Origin: Lingula anatina
Lineage: Eukaryota; Animalia; Brachiopoda
DNA: 64,000 bases
Direction of reading: 5' to 3'
Assembly (NCBI GenBank): GCA_051362555.1
Contig: CM120647.1
Coordinates: 4,402,001 to 4,466,000 of the forward strand
Made by a program: the position numbers and the translations under genes
The notes under the pieces: generated by a model
What the model saw: only the letters and a program-made list of their open reading frames with translations
Database searches by the model: none
What the model was told of the DNA's origin: nothing
Shown here: positions 61,762 to 64,000 of the stretch, one piece after another
Layout of the letters: each line of letters begins with the position of its first letter
Position numbering within the stretch: the first letter of the stretch is position 1

Positions 61762-63930
61762 TTCTTCAGACATGAATGTACACATACGGTACATGTATTG
61801 TATAGACATATTCTGGTTTCCAATTCAGTCTTCATCCATGTTACTTTTGCAATAGTTGTTTATATGGAATAATGATGTATAGCAATTCCTCCCTTTTTTA
61901 TTAAAGAATGATGCTAAACGATGCGTCTACTATTGGCAGCGAGAAGCTACAGGGTTACCACATAATATGGAATGTTTGATATTATTGACCAAAATATATC
62001 ACTCAATTATATACTTTTTTGATGAATCAACCGAAAAAAAATAATTATCAGCACTCAAAAATAACAATGATAAAAAATATTCCATATTAAGTAGCAACCC
62101 TGTATACTGGGTTCCCATACCTAGATCGATCCAACAAGATCCATCTATCTCCAAGGGTTTATTGTTAGTTTGATAGTGTCTGGGAACGGTTCCTTAGATT
62201 GACCGTTTCTTAATCGTTATTAATTATCATTTGTTTATTAAAACTTTGTATTGTGTTTGTCATCCTGGTGATTTGACTCATAAAGCGATTTGGCTGTGTA
62301 CTTCAAACCTCCTCATATTTTGTAAGCTCAGCTTGAACAGTCAGGTGTGCGTCGGCCTCTAAGTGGTGGATTGGTAGTACGCGACGGGTAATGTGCGATT
62401 GACGGCAGAGGAATTACGGCAATCCTCCATGTCGCAATATCTTAAACCATTCAACATTGAAGATCCACTACGAAAGTGATACATTCTTTCCAAGTCTTGC
62501 AAATCAAATAAGCCCGATCCACTTGAATATTTGTCGCTGAATCCCCGCGGGAATTTTATTAGGAGTTTATAAGAGTTTTTAAATGGGTCGCAACATTTAA
62601 TCCGCGGTTTTGTTACTCCGCTGTTGTGAATGCGTTCATAAAAAATTCTAGCCCCCCCCCCCGCACCCCCGATCAATAAGAAATATTCAGAAAATGGATG
62701 AAATGGATGAAAACATTTCGTTCGTCCGGGGGGAATTGTCCGGGGGGATTGTCCTAGGGGAATAGTCCGGGGGATTGTCCGGGGGGGGGGTTGTCCTGAT
62801 ACCTATTCAAGGTATTGAAGGAACCAGCTTACTGTTCCGATACAAACATGTCGCTGTCATTTTCAAGTATCATCTTGTCACTCTTTGCAGCATCAAAGTG
62901 TTCATTGTGGCAGCCATCCTCGGCATCGTGGTAGTGGCAAATGGTGGCCGTGGACCAATGCTTAACGACCGCCGTGACACCTGTTCCAACAGTGCCACCC
63001 CCTGCTATGACTATGTCCTCACCTTCATTATGGACGGAAGAACAGACAATTTATTTCGCCAAAGCCGCAGCGAGATTCTGGCTCATCACCAGTTGGCAGG
63101 GAGAACTGAATCTGACGCCATTCAGGAGGGGAAAATGGCGACCGCCTGGCTGAAGGCGTGGAGTGTTTTTTGTTTTTGTTCCGACTGATTTTCTTAAAAG
63201 CAGTCCGTTTATATTTGATCACAATTTAATTAATTAAAATTACTTCAAAATGTTCAAAATACTGTTGCAGAATAGACAGACTAACATTGGTTATCATGTT
63301 ATCAAAATCTCTAGCATCATAGTAAAAAATAAACCTTTGCTAATAATGACATCAATATCAGCAACTCTACCTGCAGCTTTATACCGAGCCGATTTCTTTT
63401 TAGTTTAAAATAAGAATTATTGGCCAAAGTTTCAAAACGTTTTAGATATTTCAATAGTTTTAAATGGCACAGTAGTACAATTGCAGTCCGAACTCTTATT
63501 AATATGTTGGTCAACAATTACATTGTCACCTCAGATATTTCAGATGCAATCCCCTGATAATAAGATTAATAGTAAATAAGATAAATCTAGGTCTCTAAAC
63601 GATATATTTCAGGATATAGAACCTTAAAAAGCTAACATCGCTATTTTATCAGGGTCATTGTCAACGTCAGTCTTCACAGTTATTTAACCTGCTTAGATAT
63701 CAGCGCTTATTTTGTCTCAACATCATTGTATTTCTTTCAGACAAAATACGGTATTGACTTCACCGATGTGGCGGATGACGTGTACTTAGATGGCACCAAG
63801 GCGGTGACAAGCCCTGACGGCTCCGTAACTTTCAGAACTTTCATATTGGACCCTGCTGTCAGATACAGGCTGGTTTCGGCCAGCAAACAACATGAGGTAG
63901 AATTCTTTAACGCCCCAATTTCTGATGCGG
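61524..63930 (+). CDS. Secreted protein of unknown function; exons 61524-61540, 62891-63155 and 63741-63930 (continues beyond the window)
   Basis: Phase-consistent splicing gives MDSVVS-IKVFIVAAILGIVVVANG (signal peptide)...MATAWLK-TKYGIDF...FRTFILDPAVRYRLVS; canonical sites except the exon-2 donor. Confidence 0.7.
61709..61752. repeat. (TA)n microsatellite
   Basis: Read directly from the sequence. Confidence 0.95.
61950..62102. mobile_element. Tc1/mariner-type MITE
   Basis: TA TSD; TIR cagggttaccacataatatggaat / cagggttgctacttaatatggaat. Confidence 0.8.
62725..62803. mobile_element. Terminal fragment of the MULE family seen at 46719
   Basis: gggggattgtcc repeats ending ttgtcctgatacc, the reverse complement of the 46719 terminus. 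Confidence 0.7.
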
Positions 63931-64000
63931 GTAAGTGAACACCGCGGGGCCATGCAGTTATGACCATGTACATGTAGCAGATGACTGAACCTTCATTTAA

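Overview
AT-rich invertebrate (metazoan) genomic DNA, mostly transposable elements. 1-29 kb is a nested TE cluster: two Academ copies, a Kolobok, a TA-flanked TIR element, an EnSpm-type element, a Helentron with internal satellite, an L2 LINE, ISL2EU-like remnants and Harbinger/hAT MITEs. Host genes are a large first exon of a secreted/receptor-like CUB + C-type-lectin protein (29.7-32.2 kb, minus), HIT-family remnants (~44.3-45.1 kb), a GT32 alpha-1,4-glycosyltransferase pseudogene (minus) and a spliced secreted-protein gene (61.5-64 kb, plus). The most unusual object is a young tyrosine-recombinase (DIRS/PAT/Ngaro-type) retroelement at 51593-59580 (minus). It is built as two cassettes, R1-[SGNH hydrolase]-R2 and R1-[gag-(deleted pol)-YR]-R2. 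Each cassette has its own promoter-like repeat, leader intron, poly(A) repeat and 3' array of covarying stem-loops. It sits at a shared TTTAT core inside the glycosyltransferase reading frame and was later hit by a LINE. All family assignments come from motifs, termini and TSDs read by eye; no database search was run.
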